A stretch of 64,000 bases of DNA, from positions 32,001 through 96,000 of the forward strand of contig CAVXLD010000011.1 of the NCBI GenBank assembly GCA_963762565.1, read 5' to 3'. Origin of the DNA: an uncultured Verrucomicrobiae bacterium (GTDB taxonomy: Bacteria; Verrucomicrobiota; Verrucomicrobiia; Chthoniobacterales; JAFAMB01). Both the position numbers and the translations under genes were made by a program. Shown piece after piece: positions 38,945-49,501 of this stretch (positions are counted from its first letter, which is position 1; the number at the start of each line of letters is the position of its first letter). Below the pieces are notes generated by a model. The model ran no database searches. It worked only from the letters and a program-made list of their open reading frames with translations, and was not told the origin of the DNA.

Positions 38945-41900
38945 ATGCAGTCATTTCAGTTCCATCCGGCGGTTGCGACGTGGTTCGAACAGACCTTCGG
39001 TACACCAACTGAGCCGCAGCAACTCGGATGGCCAGCGATTCAGTCTGGCGCCGATACCTTGGTGGCTGCGCCCACTGGTTCCGGTAAAACACTGGCTGCT
39101 TTCTTGGCTTCCCTTGATCAGCTTTTTCAAGCGGGGCTTGATGGAACTCTCGCCGATGAGACCCGGGTCCTTTATGTTTCGCCTCTCAAGGCGCTCAGCA
39201 ACGACATTCACAAGAATTTGGACCAACCGTTAACCGGTATCCGCGCTGCGTTGCGAGCGAGCTGCAACCGCGACATAGACATCCGGGCCGAAGTCAGGAC
39301 TGGGGATACACCGGCGGCCAAACGCCAGGCGATGGTTCGCAAACCGCCCCACATTCTGGTTACCACCCCGAGTCTCTCTATCTGCTGTTAACGTCCTTGT
39401 CTGGTCGGAAGCTTTTGCGAACCGTTCGAACCCTGATCCTGGATGAGATTCACGCCGTCGTAAGTAGTCGTCGGGGATCGCATCTGGCGCTTAGCGTGGA
39501 GCGATTGGCTGCCCTGACGAACCATCCTTTGCAGCGGATCGGTTTGTCCGCCACTCAAAAGCCGATGGAAGAAGTAGCGCGTTTTCTAGTCGGTACCCGC
39601 AATCTAGATGGCGCCGGTAACGCTCGTTGCACAATTATCGATTGCGGACACAGCCGGAAGCTGGACGTAGCCATCGAGTTACCGGGCTCACCACTGGATG
39701 CTGTCATGTCGACCGAGGTCTGGGCCGAGGTGTACAACCGTTTGGCTGATTTGGTCGAGGCTCACCGGACGACGCTAGTATTCGTTAACACTCGGCGCTT
39801 GGCCGAACGCGTCACGCATCATCTTTGCGAACGATTAGGCAAAGACAAAGTGACGTCCCATCACGGCAGCCTTTCCGCGAAGCTGCGTTTGGATGCCGAG
39901 AATCGATTGAAGCGTGGCGAATTGAAGGCGCTCGTTGCCACAGCGTCACTGGAGCTGGGGATCGACATCGGCTCAATCGATTTGGTTTGTCAGTTAGGTC
40001 CGACCCGCTCAATCGCCACACTCCTGCAACGAGTAGGCCGAGCCGAACATCGGCGTGGCGGCTTGCCCAAAGGCCGATTGTTTCCGCTGAGCCGAGATGA
40101 ACTGGTCGAGGGCGTGGCCACCCTGCGCAGCATCCGCAACGGCGAGCTCGACCTATTGGAAATGCCGCAGAAACCGCTCGACCTGTTGTCCCAACAGATT
40201 GTGGCATGCGCCGCTTGTGAAGATCTGGACGAGAGCGCCCTTTTCGAGCTGATGCGGTCCGCTTATCCGTATCGCAATCTAACCCGGAAGGAGTTTGATG
40301 ATGTGGTGCGGATGCTGACCGAAGGATTCAGTACGCGGCGTGGCAGGCGTTCCGCGTTGATCCATCATGACGGGGTTAACCATCGGATTAGGGCCCGCCG
40401 CGGCGCCAGGCTTCTAGCGCTGACCTCCGGCGGTGCAATCCCGGATAATGCCGATTATCGCGTCGTCGTCGAGCCCAGCGAAACCTTTGTCGGAACCGTC
40501 AATGAAGATTTTGCCGTGGAAAGTATGGCCGGCGATATTTTCCAGCTCGGCAATGCTTCTTGGCGAATCTTGGGGATTAACTCCGGAACTGTCCGAGTGG
40601 AGGATGCGCATGGACAACCACCCGGCATTCCCTTTTGGTTAGGCGAAGCGCCAAGCCGCACAGCAGAACTCTCCCGGTCTGTCTCTAAATTTCGCGAAGA
40701 CGTTGAGGAACAGTTGCGCCCGGGAGGGATCGCGTCCTCGCGATCCGATGCCCCCGGAGCCGAGGGTGTAATTAGAGTCTCCAAGGATATCGTTCGGCCA
40801 GACAAGGTATTCGCGGCGCGCGAGGACGCGCGCCCTCCCGGGTCATCGAACGATCCCATAACGAACGAACCGGAGTTTCTCCCTACCGCCTCAGATCTCA
40901 TCTCGAGCGTTGCCTCTTGGATCGAACGCGAGACTGGGCTTAGCGAAGCCGGTGCTTCTCAGCTGGCCGATTATTTCAGCGCGGTATACCGGACCCTGGG
41001 CGTCATTCCGTCTCAGAACAAACTCGTGCTAGAACGGTTCTTTGATGAGTCCGGCGGGATGCAATTGGTGATCCATTCGCCGTTCGGTAACCGGTTGAAT
41101 CGGGCCTGGGGCTTGGCATTACGCAAGCGGTTTTGCCGGTCCTTTAACTTCGAGTTGCAAGCCGCGGCTACGGATGACGCCATCGTGCTCTCGTTAGGCA
41201 CGCAGCATTCATTTCCGCTGGATGATGTTTTTCATTATCTGAACAACAAAACGGTTCGCGACATTCTGATCCAGGCGCTGCTTGATGCTCCTATGTTCGG
41301 AATTCGTTGGCGATGGAATGCCGGACGTTCACTAGCTTTACCTCGGCAGCGTGCAGGTCGTCGGGTTCCGGCCCCTTTGCAGCGGATGGAGTCCGAAAAC
41401 CTTTTGGCCGCGATCTTCCCGGACCAGCTGGCTTGTCTCGAGAATATTGCGGGTGATCGGGAAATACCGGAGCACCCGTTAGTTCAGCAGACCATCGACG
41501 ATTGTCTGGTTGAAGCGATGGATATTGACGGCTTGATCCGCTTGCTCGACCGGATCGAGAAAGGGGAGATCGAATGTATCGCTCGGGATTTACCGGAACC
41601 GTCGCCGTTGGCCCATGAGATCTTGAATGCTAAGCCATACGCGTTTCTGGACAACGCTCCGCTCGAAGAACGGCGTACTCAAGCCGTCTATACTCGGCGA
41701 GCAGGTGAGCCATTGGCGGAAGGTGGCCTTGGATTACTTGATGCAAACGCGATCGAGAAAGTTTGCGCGGAAGCGTGGCCACAAGCGACCAGCGCTGACG
41801 AGCTACATGAAACGTTGCTCTTGGTGGGCGCCTTGACCGATGACGAGGTCCGGACGGTCGGGTCTGATCCATTTGAATGGCTACAGGAGTTGCAGAGTGA

Positions 41901-43514
41901 TAAGCGAGCCGGGCGTTTGCAGGATCCGCCTCGTGGAACGCGCCTCGTTTGCGAGGCCGATCGGTCGGAGCCTCTTGGGCTCCGTTCTGGATAGCGGCGG
42001 AGAGAGTTCCGATGTTGAAGGCGGTCTATCCCGACCTCAGGGTTGAGCCTGCTCTCGTTCCTCCCCAAAGCGAGAGTGAACGGCAGTGGCAGCGGGCTGA
42101 CGCGGTGCGAGAACTTGTGCGCGGCCGCTTGGAAGTAGCCGGTCCAACTACAGCGACCAAGCTGGCAAGTCTGTTTCAGCTACCGGTCAACGAGATCGAT
42201 ACTGCATTGATTGCGCTGGAAGGTGAGGGATTCGTCCTAAGGGGCAAATTTCATCCAGGTTCTGCCTCGCTGGAATGGTGTGATCGCAGGCTGTTGGCGC
42301 GGATTCATCGTTTAACGTTGAACCGTCTCCGGGCGGAGATTCAGCCTGTTTCAATTGCTGAATTCCAACGGTTCTTATTGGCTTGGCAACGCGTCGGGAT
42401 TGAGCACCGGGCAGAAGGAGTCGAAGGGGTACGAGCGGTTTTGGAGCTGCTAGATGGATATGAGCTACCGGCGGCAGCCTGGGAGCCGGAAGTATTAGTC
42501 CTTCGCGTCAAAGAATATCAACCGGCTTGGCTCGACCAGCTCTGTTTCACCGGTCGCCTCGGTTGGGGCCGGCTAACTGCGCCGCAAAAGACCAATGGCC
42601 GGCCGCCGCTGCCTGTGCGTTCCAGTCCGATTTCTTTATTCTCACGCGAGAATCTTGGACATTGGCTAGCGCTTTCGGCTCCTCCCGACGAGATCGAATT
42701 TTCTCCAGATACAACCCGGGCCCTGGAGGCTCTGGCTCAAGCAGGTGCTCTATTTTTTGGCGAGCTCGCGCAAAAAACCGGTCTATTGCCATCCCGGCTA
42801 GAGAGAGCTTTGGCCGAACTCGTCGCTCAGGGATTGGTTACCGCCGACAGTTTCGAAGGGTTGAGAGCTTTGTTGGTTCCCGAAGAAAAGCGTGCGCCGT
42901 TTGCCTCGGCTGAACGGCGCCGCCACCATAAGCCAGTCACGAGCCTGGAGTTTGCTGGCCGTTGGTCTTTGCTGAGGAACGCCGGGAGCGCCGTGAACGA
43001 TTTTGCGAGTTCCATCGCAACTGGAGCCAGGAATCGAACGGCGACCGATGACCCAGCGCTTACAGACTCCGTTCCCGGCGCTCTCGGCGCTCACGGCGTT
43101 AGAAGACGTGAAGAGGCAGTTGAAGCCTTTGCTCGGGTATTGCTCCGTCGTTACGGCGTCGTATTTCGCCGGGTCTTGGAACAAGAATCGTTGCGAGTCA
43201 CCTGGCTCGAGTTAGTCCGGATCTATCGAACATTAGAAGCGCGCGGCGAGATCCGTGGCGGCCATTTCGTCGCTGGCGTCAGCGGCGAACAATACGCGTT
43301 ACCGGAAGCTGTTGGATTGTTACGTTCGATTCGGAAAACAGCGCCCAAAGGTGATCTTATCCCGATCAGCGCAGCCGATCCCTTGAATCTGACGGGAGTT
43401 CTCACGCCCGGATTACGGGTCGCTGCTATCAGTGCCCATCGCGTTCTTCTACGTGATGGCGTACCTACCGTCGCTCTCAAAGCCGGACAGCTTATCCCTC
43501 TAACTCAGGCGTAG
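38945..43514 (+). CDS. lhr: Lhr ATP-dependent helicase with C-terminal winged-helix domain; frame breaks at ~39370 and ~41930-41990
   Basis: [11 protein letters not shown](E)SL, DEIH, GLSAT, SLELGID and QRVGR; CTD motifs [12 protein letters not shown] and [10 protein letters not shown]; split over three ORFs. Confidence 0.9.
40719..40842. repeat. Family K REPIN inside lhr, reading frame open across it
   Basis: cccgggagggatcgcgtcctcgcgatccg ... cgcggcgcgcgaggacgcgcgccctcccggg. Confidence 0.85.
41933..41960. repeat. Family J REP inside lhr at the frame break
   Basis: gtggaacgcgcctcgtttgcgaggccga; compare 56082, 59664, 15375 (rc) and 47605 (rc). Confidence 0.8.
42978..43100. repeat. 123-bp palindrome with 9-mer-periodic arms, in frame in the lhr CTD
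   Basis: aacgccgggagcgccgtgaacg ... cgctctcggcgctcacggcgtt. Confidence 0.6.
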
Positions 43515-43720
43515 AGGTGGTCGATCAGGCAATCGAACGCGCTCTGCGCGTCGGCAGTATGCCCGCTGTCCTCAGGCCTTACTACGCTTAGAGGTATAGC
43601 GTCCACTCAAGCGCTTTTGGCGGTCATGCTTCGCGCCAAGTCGCGTTACAAAGTTTCTGGGTATTTATAACATTTCTGGTATTTACACTGCCTTAGATTT
43701 CGATATAATAAAAAAACTTA

Positions 43721-45233
43721 ATGCCGAATTATTTCAAGGCATTAGCAGCTGGCGTCGTGCGATTTACAGCTTTGTTTCTCCTACGGTCTGCGCGTTTGCC
43801 CAGGTTAGCACGCCGATCACGAACTTCATTTTTATCATTCAAGAGAACCATTCATTCGACAACTATTTCGGCACCTTTCCGAATGCGAACGGCATTCCAC
43901 CTAACACGGCTCTCCCCGAATATCCGGGCGGGCCGCCGGTCCAGACACCATTTCTTCTCACCACGCCCTACACGGCCGGTGACCTTTCCCATTCGTGGAG
44001 TAGTGTTGTACTTGCCTACGATAACGGCTCACCTGAACCGTTTCCTCTGGGCGGAGTGGCCAACCGTTGTCCATTGACTACGGCGCAGAGTATTCCTGTT
44101 CCCACTCCTAACCCGGCTTTGGTTTCAACTCGTTCCCAAAACCTCACCGACCCCCACCCCTTCAGTCAAACACCTCCAAGAATTACCATCCGGTGAGGTT
44201 CGCTCTCCTAACGGCTTTGCTGACGACGAGGATGATGAGGCTCCTCGCATTGAAGAATAAAACGAAAAAATCCTAATGGCCGCACCTACGCCTTCGGGTA
44301 CACCCAACTGGAAAAAGCGGCCAGCATATGTCAAGAACACTCTCGGGTACTACGATGCTTCTATCATTCCAAAACTACTGGCAGTACGCGAGCACGTTTA
44401 CTTTGTGCGATGCATTCTTTTCGTCATTGTCCGGCCCAAGCCAGCCGAATCATTTGTACGTCGTGGCGGCGCAGTCGGGTGGTCTCGTACAGAACATTTT
44501 AGGCCCCCAAAATGAAGCCATTTACAGCTTTAATAGCATCATTGAGTTGCTAGGAGGAGCGAACATTAGTCTGACTTACTATGTGAGTGTTAACAACCCG
44601 ACGAGCGAGACCCTTTGGAATCCGCTCCCGGCTTCGAAAATTACGCGGGGCCCGGTGCGGTGACACCGCATCTTGCGCAAACCACTCAGTTTTTCGATGA
44701 TTTAGCTAATGGCACGCTGCCGCAAGTCTGTTGGCTGATACCCGGTAGAGGCGTAAGCGAACATCCGCCCGCCGACGTCCAGAACGGGATGTGGTACGTA
44801 ACAAACCTGGTTAACGCCGTAATGCAGAGCCAGTATTGGAACACTTGCGTGATCATCATCTTTTGGGATGACTACGGAGGCTTCTACGATCACGTTTCCC
44901 CGCCTCAGGTCGATACGTATGGATATGGTTTTCGAGTTCCTGCGATCGTCATCTCGCCGTATTCTCAAAGCGGTGTTGTAGTCCACACCATCTACGATGA
45001 GACGTCTCCTTTAGCACTGTTGGAGCAAGTTTTTGGGTTGCCTCCGCTTACCAATCGCGACGGACAAGCCAACGCGATGCTGGTATTGTTTCGACTTCTC
45101 ACAGACACCGTTACCTCCGCTGGTGATCCCAATGCCAACGCCGACCCCAACGCCAACGCCAACCACCAACGCTGACACCGACCCTAACGCCGACACCGAC
45201 CCCAACACCGACCCGACTCCAACACCAAGCTAG
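43721..45233 (+). pseudogene. Phospholipase C / phosphoesterase family gene with multiple frameshifts and stops; C-terminal PT repeats
   Basis: Fragments IIQENHSFDNYFGTFP, DAFFSSLSGPSQPNHLY, SEHPP and [16 protein letters not shown] in different frames. Confidence 0.75.
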
Positions 45234-45602
45234 CGTCCTGCTCGTGTACGGCGCCTAATCTCGTTCAGAGATTCAGCCAGCCCCGATCAGTTGGCGGTCC
45301 TAGAACCCAAAGAACCGCCACCAAGGCCGCTGTTGTTGGTCTCATCGGATTCTTTTACGTGACGGCATCCCCACTGCCGCCTTGCGAGGCGGGCGATTGA
45401 TCCCGTTGGATCAAGGTGCGACGGCGCTGGATCAAACTTTAGAACGCGGGTTACGGATTGGCAGCATGCCAGCAGTATTGCGGCCCTATTACACGTAGCA
45501 GGTTAACAAACCGTGGTAGCAAAACGCGCCTAAACCAATTGAGCTGTTCTTTGCTTAAAGATCTCTTAATATCTCTTAGCTCTTCTCCATAAAGCCTCCC
45601 TC

Positions 45603-46674
45603 ATGAGAAAAATCAGGAATTCGGTACTGCGGGTACTGGCTTTTATGGCATTCGTTGCCAGTGCCACTTTAACAGCGCCCGGTGTAGCCCAAGCATCGCT
45701 CGAAAACGAATCGGTATCGCAAAGTGGCCTTCCCGAAAACAAGGTGATCGCGACTCTTTCAGTCGGTGTCTTCCCTTTTAGCCTAGCGATCATTCCGAAA
45801 GGAGATGAAGTTTACGTCCCCAATTCGCACACTCACACGGTGTCGGTAATACAAACTTCGACTAACACCGTAATCGCTACGATTCCAGTCGGGAACACCC
45901 CAACCCACGTTGCGATTAGTCCAAACGGGAAGCTCGCTTACGTCAGCAATACCGGTAGCCATTCCGTCTCCGTCATTTCCACTGAAAAATAAGACGGTGC
46001 TCTACAAGTTCGGCGTAATTTCGTACTTTCCGGAGGGTCTCGCGGTTAGTCCTGATGGTAAACAGCTTTATGTCGCCAGCGCTGGCTACCCGTACTATGG
46101 CGGCTTTATCTCAGTAATCGATACTAATAATTTGGTGCTTTTAAATGTATTCAAACCGGGTGGTGATCCCGAAGAGGTAAGGTTCTCCCCGGATGGGGAA
46201 TACCTTTACGCGCTTAACAAACGTGGGATCGGCCACGGTTATATTTGTACGATCGACACCGCGTCGCAGACGATAGTACAGACGGGAATAGGGTCGACAG
46301 ATTTTACTGGTCTACCCACTGGCCTCGCTATTAGCCCTGACGGAGCGACGCTCTATGCGTCGAACCGGGTGACTTTTGTTTTCGCGTTTGACGCAGCTGA
46401 TGGTTCGCTCGAAAACACAATCAAAATTATCTCTAACGGCGAGAAAGAACGGCAAGTGTATGAGCCAGTGGTTACCCCGAACGGTAAATTTTTGTACGTA
46501 CCGGATCCGTATCGGGGTACTGTCACGATGGTTGATACCGCGACTCGCAAAGTCGTTGGCTCCCCAATCAAAGTGGGCGCATTTCCGATGTATATGGCAG
46601 TAACGCCTGACGGTAATTATCTCTACGTTAGCAACGAAGCCGACAACACCGTTTCTGTCGTCGATATCAGATAG
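45603..46674 (+). CDS. Secreted YVTN beta-propeller protein; +1 frameshift at the A5 run 45985-45989
   Basis: YVPN/YVSN repeats continue across ORFs 45603-45992 and 45910-46674. Confidence 0.75.
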
Positions 46675-47300
46675 GGACTAGAACCCAAAGAAACGCCACC
46701 AAGGCCGCCGCGGCTGTTGTTTGTTCTTACTGATAAGGCGGCCCGAATTGCCGCTGGGTTGCTCACCTGATAAACTCGGTTTCGCGGAGTCGTCCCAAAT
46801 ACAGTAACGGGGGTCCCGACAGAGACGGCGTTGAAAAATGCGATCGCTTTTTCTTCCGGCATCCGGACACAACCATGTGATGCGGGGTATCCGGGCAGAT
46901 AACCTGCATGCATGCCGATCCCAGGTGCAAAATTCATGTAGTACCGCATCGGCGCATTCACGAACCGGGTTCCATAGGTGACCGGCATATCAACGTCGGC
47001 GTCTGCGACGACGGTGCGCCCATAATAGTCCACAATTTTGCCGTAAATGCTGGAGGTATGGTTCAAGTCTTTGTCGGTGATAGTGAATGTCCCGCTCGGC
47101 GTTAGATGACCGTATCGGCCAGTGCTGATGGGCGACTCCATGATTGCCCGATCCTCATACAAGAGATAGGCCTTCTGATCACCAAGGTCGATTTGCACCG
47201 AATATTGGGCACGAGCTGTACCCATTAACAGCGCCGTGAATGCCGTGATCGCCGTGATCGCCGGGAATGTGAAGCCCAAACTAAGCCCGAAGATCTTCAT
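46623..47300 (-). CDS. L,D-transpeptidase (YkuD family); the true 3' end may be the stop at 46678
   Basis: SPISTG, TPSGTF and GMHAGYLPGYPASHGCVRM; paralogue of 2195-2821. Confidence 0.85.
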   Translation of the reverse strand: MKIFGLSLGFTFPAITAITAFTALLMGTARAQYSVQIDLGDQKAYLLYEDRAIMESPISTGRYGHLTPSGTFTITDKDLNHTSSIYGKIVDYYGRTVVADADVDMPVTYGTRFVNAPMRYYMNFAPGIGMHAGYLPGYPASHGCVRMPEEKAIAFFNAVSVGTPVTVFGTTPRNRVYQVSNPAAIRAALSVRTNNSRGGLGGVSLGSSPYLISTTETVLSASLLT

Positions 47301-47396
47301 ACAAACCAGTTGCTACCTGAAAGACGGACAAACGCCCAAAATGTACGTATTTCTTCCAGCTGTTTGCCACCCCTTGTTTTATTGTCGGCGAAGCCG

Positions 47397-47630
47397 TGGT
47401 AGGGCGAGGCTCCGGAATTGCCGAAAGGGATCGCAGGGCGAATTGGCGCTTCATGTTATATGGGGTCCAACACCTGAAAGCTGCCGAGCCGGGGGCGGCG
47501 CAACCAGCGGCTCGGCAGCTGTTAGACGATGCACCCGATATACCGACGAAGCGCCATCCGCCATGCGACTTTCTTTCGGTCATTCCGGAGCCTCGCCCTA
47601 CCAAGGCCTCGCAAGCGACGCGCGCTCCAC
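47397..47630. repeat. Family A element (47397-47604) abutted by a family J REP (47605-47630)
   Basis: tggtagggcgaggctcc...ggagcctcgccctaccaa followed by ggcctcgcaagcgacgcgcgctccac. Confidence 0.85.
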
Positions 47631-47674
47631 CCGTCGCTTGCTGTAACGCAGAGCCACCCATGCTAAGCTCGAAA

Positions 47675-48328
47675 ATGGACGACAAGCTCGATATTGCCCG
47701 CCTGCGGAAGGAATACACACTGCACGGTTTGCATCGAAAGGATCTGCTTCCTAATCCGATGCAACAGTTCAAAATCTGGTTTGAAGAATCGGTGCGCACC
47801 GCCGGCGATCGAGAACCGAACGGAATGACCCTCGCGACCGCGGATCGGGAAGGGCGTCCTGCCGCCCGAATCGTCCTTTTGAAGGGGGTCGATGAACATG
47901 GATTCATCTTTTTCACTAACTACGAGAGCCGAAAAGGCCGCGATCTGGCGCAGAACCCGAGAGCCGCCCTCAATTTTCATTGGCCTTGGCTAGAACGACA
48001 GATCCAGATCGAAGGTAACGTTACTAGAGTTTCTCGCGATGAATCCCAGGCTTATTTCGATAAAAGACCTCTGAAAAGCCGGCTTAGCGCCATCATCTCG
48101 CCGCAAAGCAGCCCGGTCACTAGCCGGATTGAGCTTGAACGCCGATTCGAAGAGGTCTCAGCCCAGTACGCCGATCGCAACCCTCCAGTGCCGGAATTCT
48201 GGGGCGGCTACCGGGTTTCTCCCGAACGGATGGAATTTTGGCAGGGAAGGGAGAACCGGCTGCATGACCGCTTTCTCTACACGCTAACCATCGATGGAAC
48301 TTGGCACATAGAGCGTCTAGGACCGTAG
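47675..48328 (+). CDS. pdxH: Pyridoxamine 5'-phosphate oxidase
   Basis: LRKEY, RIVLLK, FFTNYESRKG and EFWQGRENRLHDR. Confidence 0.95.
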   Translation: MDDKLDIARLRKEYTLHGLHRKDLLPNPMQQFKIWFEESVRTAGDREPNGMTLATADREGRPAARIVLLKGVDEHGFIFFTNYESRKGRDLAQNPRAALNFHWPWLERQIQIEGNVTRVSRDESQAYFDKRPLKSRLSAIISPQSSPVTSRIELERRFEEVSAQYADRNPPVPEFWGGYRVSPERMEFWQGRENRLHDRFLYTLTIDGTWHIERLGP

Positions 48329-48336
48329 GTCGGCTA

Positions 48337-48459
48337 TAATCGTCCTCGTGCTCGAAAGGAAACTGTTGAAATACCCCTGGTGATTTTCTTTCCGTGCGTT
48401 CGAATCGTAGCAGTGCAGCAGCAGTGCCCGACTTAACAAATCGAGCACGAGGACGATTA
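48337..48459. repeat. 19-bp perfect inverted repeat (hexamer-type GTCCTC/GTGCTC arms)
   Basis: taatcgtcctcgtgctcga / tcgagcacgaggacgatta. Confidence 0.8.
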
Positions 48460-48464
48460 AGTCG

Positions 48465-49331
48465 ATGAGCAACCGCCTCTCACTTTTCCGCATCTCGGCC
48501 GAAGGGATCGACCTCGCAAAAACCCTGAACTCCGGGCAAGTGTTCCATTGGATCCAACATGGCAAAGGGTTTGTGGGCGCCATCGATCAAGCACCCTGCT
48601 ATCTCGAAAAATCTGGAAACGATTTGCTGGTGTCTAAGGGCTTGACGGCGCAGGTCCGCCATTACTTGGCCTTGGATCATAGGATGAACGAGATCCAAGC
48701 CACTTTTCCAAATGATCCGACGCTAGATGCGGCCATGCGTTACGCAGACGGTATCCGAATTCTGCGCCAACCGGTTTGGGAATGTCTCGCCACTTTTCTC
48801 ACGTCAGCTCTAAAACAAGTCGCTCATATCAGAAGCATCTCGCTTTTGATTCGTGAAAGGTACGGCCGGAGATTTGAGATCGCCGGGACGGCCGTCTTTT
48901 CCTATCCTGGTCCAGAGGTTCTAGCCGGATCAACCCTGGGCGAAATTCAGGCCTGCCGGTTGGGATTTCGCGCAGCAAATTTGCTCGCGGCTGCTCGAAT
49001 CGTTTCCGCCGGTGAGATCGAACTCGACGGCCTGGCCAAGCTGCCGTCGAACGAAATACGGTCGGTACTTTGCCGTTTCCCGGGTGTCGGCGATAAGATC
49101 GCAAATTGTGTGCTGTTATTTGCTTTCGGAAGGTTGGAAGTGATGCCCATCGACGTTTGGATTGCACGGGTGCTCAGAGAAAAATACTTCCCTGAAAAAA
49201 GGACGATTCGCCCCGCCCAGCTCGCTGATTTTTGCCAACAACATTTCGGTCCATACGCCGGCTACGCTCAGCAATATCTCTTTCACCATTGGCGCCTCAC
49301 TTATCGTAAGGAGCTAGGAGCTAGAATCTAG
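48465..49331 (+). CDS. 8-oxoguanine DNA glycosylase (OGG-N plus HhH-GPD)
   Basis: TLNSGQVFHW, GIRILRQP.WE, PGVGDKIANCVLLF, PIDVW and AGYAQQYLF. Confidence 0.9.
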   Translation: MSNRLSLFRISAEGIDLAKTLNSGQVFHWIQHGKGFVGAIDQAPCYLEKSGNDLLVSKGLTAQVRHYLALDHRMNEIQATFPNDPTLDAAMRYADGIRILRQPVWECLATFLTSALKQVAHIRSISLLIRERYGRRFEIAGTAVFSYPGPEVLAGSTLGEIQACRLGFRAANLLAAARIVSAGEIELDGLAKLPSNEIRSVLCRFPGVGDKIANCVLLFAFGRLEVMPIDVWIARVLREKYFPEKRTIRPAQLADFCQQHFGPYAGYAQQYLFHHWRLTYRKELGARI

Positions 49332-49500
49332 GAGCTAGGATGATCGGGTATTGGCAGTCCGTAAGCATTGGTCTTCAGTTCTCAGTTGCACTGATTACTG
49401 ACCTAATTGATTACTGGGCACTTGGAACAAAATTTTTCTTTGCCTCGTGGATACCTGACCCACAACTCTCCTAGCTCCTAGATTCTAGCTCCTAGCTCCT
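49309..49500. repeat. Heptamer-arm palindrome (AGCTAGG)n with perfect 32-bp arms
   Basis: 49309-49340 is the exact reverse complement of 49469-49500; contains the OGG stop and ends 1 nt before the comB ATG. Confidence 0.9.
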
Positions 49501-49501
49501 T

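Noticed and set aside
39360..39397. Programmed frameshift in lhr at TTP/ESL
   Set aside because: No slippery heptamer; one missing base in a conserved helicase motif is best explained as an indel error.
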